Shown: positions 54,901-55,152 of the stretch, one piece after another | How positions within the stretch are numbered: position 1 is the stretch's first letter | Layout: each line of letters begins with the position of its first letter | Assembly (NCBI GenBank): GCA_048622455.1 | Contig: JBMCUO010000002.1 | Coordinates: 1 to 55,152, forward strand | Direction of reading: 5' to 3' | Source: Candidatus Saliniplasma sp. | GTDB lineage: Archaea > Thermoplasmatota > Thermoplasmata > Halarchaeoplasmatales > Halarchaeoplasmataceae | DNA: 55,152 nucleotides | Position numbers and translations under genes: made by a program | Notes under the pieces: model-generated | Databases searched by the model: none | What the model was told of the DNA's origin: nothing | What the model saw: the letters and a program-made list of their open reading frames with translations, nothing else

Positions 54901-55152
54901 GTTGTCGGTGATGAGGATTCCGGTGTACCGGGTACTTCGTACGGTTACTCCCTGGACGGACGACGTGTAGGTAAAGAGATCGCATGGGACGAAAATGATA
55001 CGACCGAATGGGAGCGTATCCATTACCTGTATGACGGCCAGAACGTGCTCTACGAGTACGGAGACAATCATCCGACGGTACGCTACACACACCCTGTCGC
55101 CTGCGACGGTGGAGTCTGCGGACCGACATCCGATGCTTTCGTGGACGCACCT
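48919..55152 (+). CDS. Giant secreted RHS/YD-repeat protein, 5' partial (at least 2078 aa, runs off the window)
   Basis: I translated this frame by hand and found no stop from ATG 48919 to nt 55152. N-terminal hydrophobic signal/anchor (IIVVLVIGLLMLTVL). Rhs N-terminal signature VNAVSGNLMLGDRDL...ERSYNSQ...GPGWQ. Dozens of YD repeats (G..TEYEYD..GRL). It is absent from the ORF track only because it has no stop in the window. Confidence 0.85.
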   Translation, partial: MKIRACMYKIIVVLVIGLLMLTVLEGTAGNPFKQGRQEDQVIDEDGNTHKIYSQGGDIYYKNDIGSSTNLPFTRWNDPVRLTDTLMPAFHPRIEISDGFVYGTWVQKHPEEDRLNYAGSLLEDPETWGSPIDVAEVPENLTGYKYEMEVVDGTVMLCWDGECELSWSADIDGDMIPDIEDENPLEYDVENDHVDFEPDVVSIDPELDVSVALAFEDEDDVLPTIEEVEGDFEHSIGRYVNIDVETDSGYRGLVKSGYGWSENTSEYLRVYRETDEVWSVVTDWEDDEYTGVNLEREHSWALVNELGTFTLAPANEIDGDIDGLSDLTEGTEPEDLTDTVHTHSSFTDLNFEDEEVVTHLNLSFEEYSIYTVTGGYIELSAVDQPVEDLELDIGGDGRVNWRATMPLEDSTRVGQIWKPINVYIFENYINTCETDLEVPLVFTSSNDAPFEISYANVQVEQRITSNYEVDTSGDGLWDGWQDRNADMTFDRAGADGVLGTEHDNVPGALAYGLDPTEEHLIGGPGRSEVQTYHEGMSSVNAVSGNLMLGDRDLGFSSLAHDIAVERSYNSQSDHEGVFGPGWQMNHEQRLEFEDDDPIYVDEAGTRYEFEHLGDGTYEPAVDNPYSMVANLPEPPEQPGLEENTVDFDNIEVDLIQVQNAEEYELRLECQYPKTVDHYSFVDIQSVSWDGLDPGTEYEVSAKSIDEYGQESSWTYLTVETLGKDDGEEEPMDTDESVKTNTISSTITSSEKEYVIRDTNGLKRYFNEDGLIKRKEDRNGNNIFFNYQGGNLVRISDDTGKELSLSYTDGRLSSVTDPIGRTVQYSYNSEGYLVEYTDAMDNTYSYTYENGLIDRVYEPARDVVVEGETKTVRTFKEYEFVEDPVEGMLNNTNQGYIVVNNEEATTSVDEEKIRTISSLDYDYASSTSLYDASDNETLDVFDESEAVRIKHVNPDGNESHFDYDGELNNNKVIDKKGGEWTTDHGPLGTTEEFITPLGDVEYWDWDIKDTDEEFIAVMTEYINEMGDQWINEFDDNFNMVQSIDSSGSVTEYEYTDDGQMSRRIEPNGAVWEYEYDGYGNLIKEIDPEGAVTEHEYDCVNRKVKTVSPNGAVTEYAYDELDREIEVIDAYGNTEESVYDSTGNLIERTDKLGATTTYEYDHYGRLVRETDALGNSMEYEYDERDNVIKETNRRGFPTYREYDEMNRLVREEDRWGNYESYEYDEFHNVVKRTDKLGNEWVSEYDEVNRLVAEYNPLGEGTQYEYDEAGNMIKEIDAMGYETEYEYDSEGSLVRTVGAEGSEVLYEYDEVGNQVSVTQVGDEVNSEWQYEYDLLGRKEKEITPLDEEYTWEYDEVGDVVRYETPSGDVTEYEYDLLGRLTQVELPNAVDIDIEYTLFEKEREEYDHPPRLTYLHPYAPQITAQSQEYDLLGRLSRESWQVNGDEYDISYVYDEEGNVIEMTDQLGNVTSYTYDCRNRLRSVTDPDGDTTEYNYDPANRLTETIYPTGTKILRDYDDANRLTKISNVRSDSSLISSFEHEYDANGRRTLMREMRDEGKVGEHSSMDLDKNDNAHVSYYDSTRGDLKYVYLAGDKPVIETVDYDIDIGEVTSLKVDDDGGVHISYHDSSQGTLKYATRTSDGWVTETVDEGDVGEYSSIDIDGSGVVHISYYDSNDGVLKYARSTNDGWSTEVVDDGDDVGMYSSIAVSEEGTAHISYHDVSNKNLKYAEYNGGGWSIVTVDDSIVEFDTSIALDQDGHPRISYVQLRPEEDDTVIQSDLELSLRYAAYTGDDWIIETVDEGDVGKFSSIAVDADDNTHISYYDSSNSDLKYAENIDGYWNLETVDSDGDVGKYSSLSIDGQGDVHISYYDASDSNLNLVKGTGADWSTESVIRGSSMFETHYEYDGEDRLTYVDYPGETSVGYGYDRRSNINKRTYYEGNEVENEVTSEYDEGNRLVNMDGVEYEYDEEGNQLGVDSEGDSSFMSTYLSGEKLNYRMEVVGDEDSGVPGTSYGYSLDGRRVGKEIAWDENDTTEWERIHYLYDGQNVLYEYGDNHPTVRYTHPVACDGGVCGPTSDAFVDAP
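51166..53583 (+). repeat. YD/RHS repeat array (coding), first block; a second block resumes at 54580-55152
   Basis: Recurrent ...G..(T/E)YEYD..(G/N)(R/N)L(V/I)...D..G pattern every 20-22 aa. At the DNA level it appears as recurring GAGTACGAGTACGAC. Confidence 0.75.
53584..54579 (+). repeat. Seven tandem units of about 47 aa (beta-propeller-like) inserted in the YD shell
   Basis: Units follow G(E/K)YSSI.(V/I)D..G..HISYYD....LKYA.....W..E.VD..GDV. Unit 1 starts GEHSSMDLD and unit 7 ends DWSTESV. Unit 5 carries a 10-aa insertion. Confidence 0.6.

Noticed and set aside
49303-55150. Many 60-130-aa ORFs (mostly minus strand, plus 51614-51829 on the plus strand) listed in the track
   Set aside because: All lie inside the single 6.2-kb open frame of the RHS/YD gene. 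Their translations are low complexity (Arg/Ser/His-rich), as expected from shadow frames.
1-55152. Mobile genetic element or prophage signatures
   Set aside because: I recognised no integrase, transposase, terminal inverted repeats, capsid or terminase-like genes. The accessory-looking parts are only the left-edge TA-like islet and the right-edge RHS gene.

Overview
Archaeal chromosomal segment. This call rests on TFB, MBF1, aEF-1beta, exosome Csl4, SRP54 and archaeal-type ValRS, SAHH and phosphopantothenate synthetase. All calls come from reading motifs in the supplied translations and the DNA; no searches were run. Most of the window is tightly packed housekeeping. It includes a complete, canonical 14-gene membrane-bound [NiFe] hydrogenase/Mrp-antiporter operon (mbhA-N, 17310-25362, minus strand) with its maturation protease next door.

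Four things stand out.

(1) Right edge: a very large open-ended gene (48919 to the window end, at least 2078 codons, no stop) is absent from the ORF track. It encodes a secreted RHS/YD-repeat shell protein with an FN3-like module and a seven-bladed beta-propeller inserted into the YD shell. This resembles the TcB/teneurin-type cocoon architecture. The toxin tip and any immunity gene would lie beyond the window.

(2) Several genes are interrupted by single in-frame stops at positions where conserved residues are expected, or by homopolymer-associated frameshifts:
- TAG in an ABC ATPase.
- TAG and TGA in a nitrilase-family gene.
- TAG joining two adjacent unknown ORFs at 41484-43388.
- Frameshifts in the ABC ATPase and the ABC-2 permease.
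- An A_AAA_AAG heptamer in a small membrane-protein gene.
These indicate either gene decay or recoding.

(3) A two-gene module (3-TM mini-protein plus tandem-wHTH regulator) occurs twice in the window.

(4) Left edge: a small toxin-antitoxin-like islet (NTase-fold protein, wHTH-MNT plus HEPN).

No rRNA, tRNA, CRISPR array, integrase or transposase was seen.
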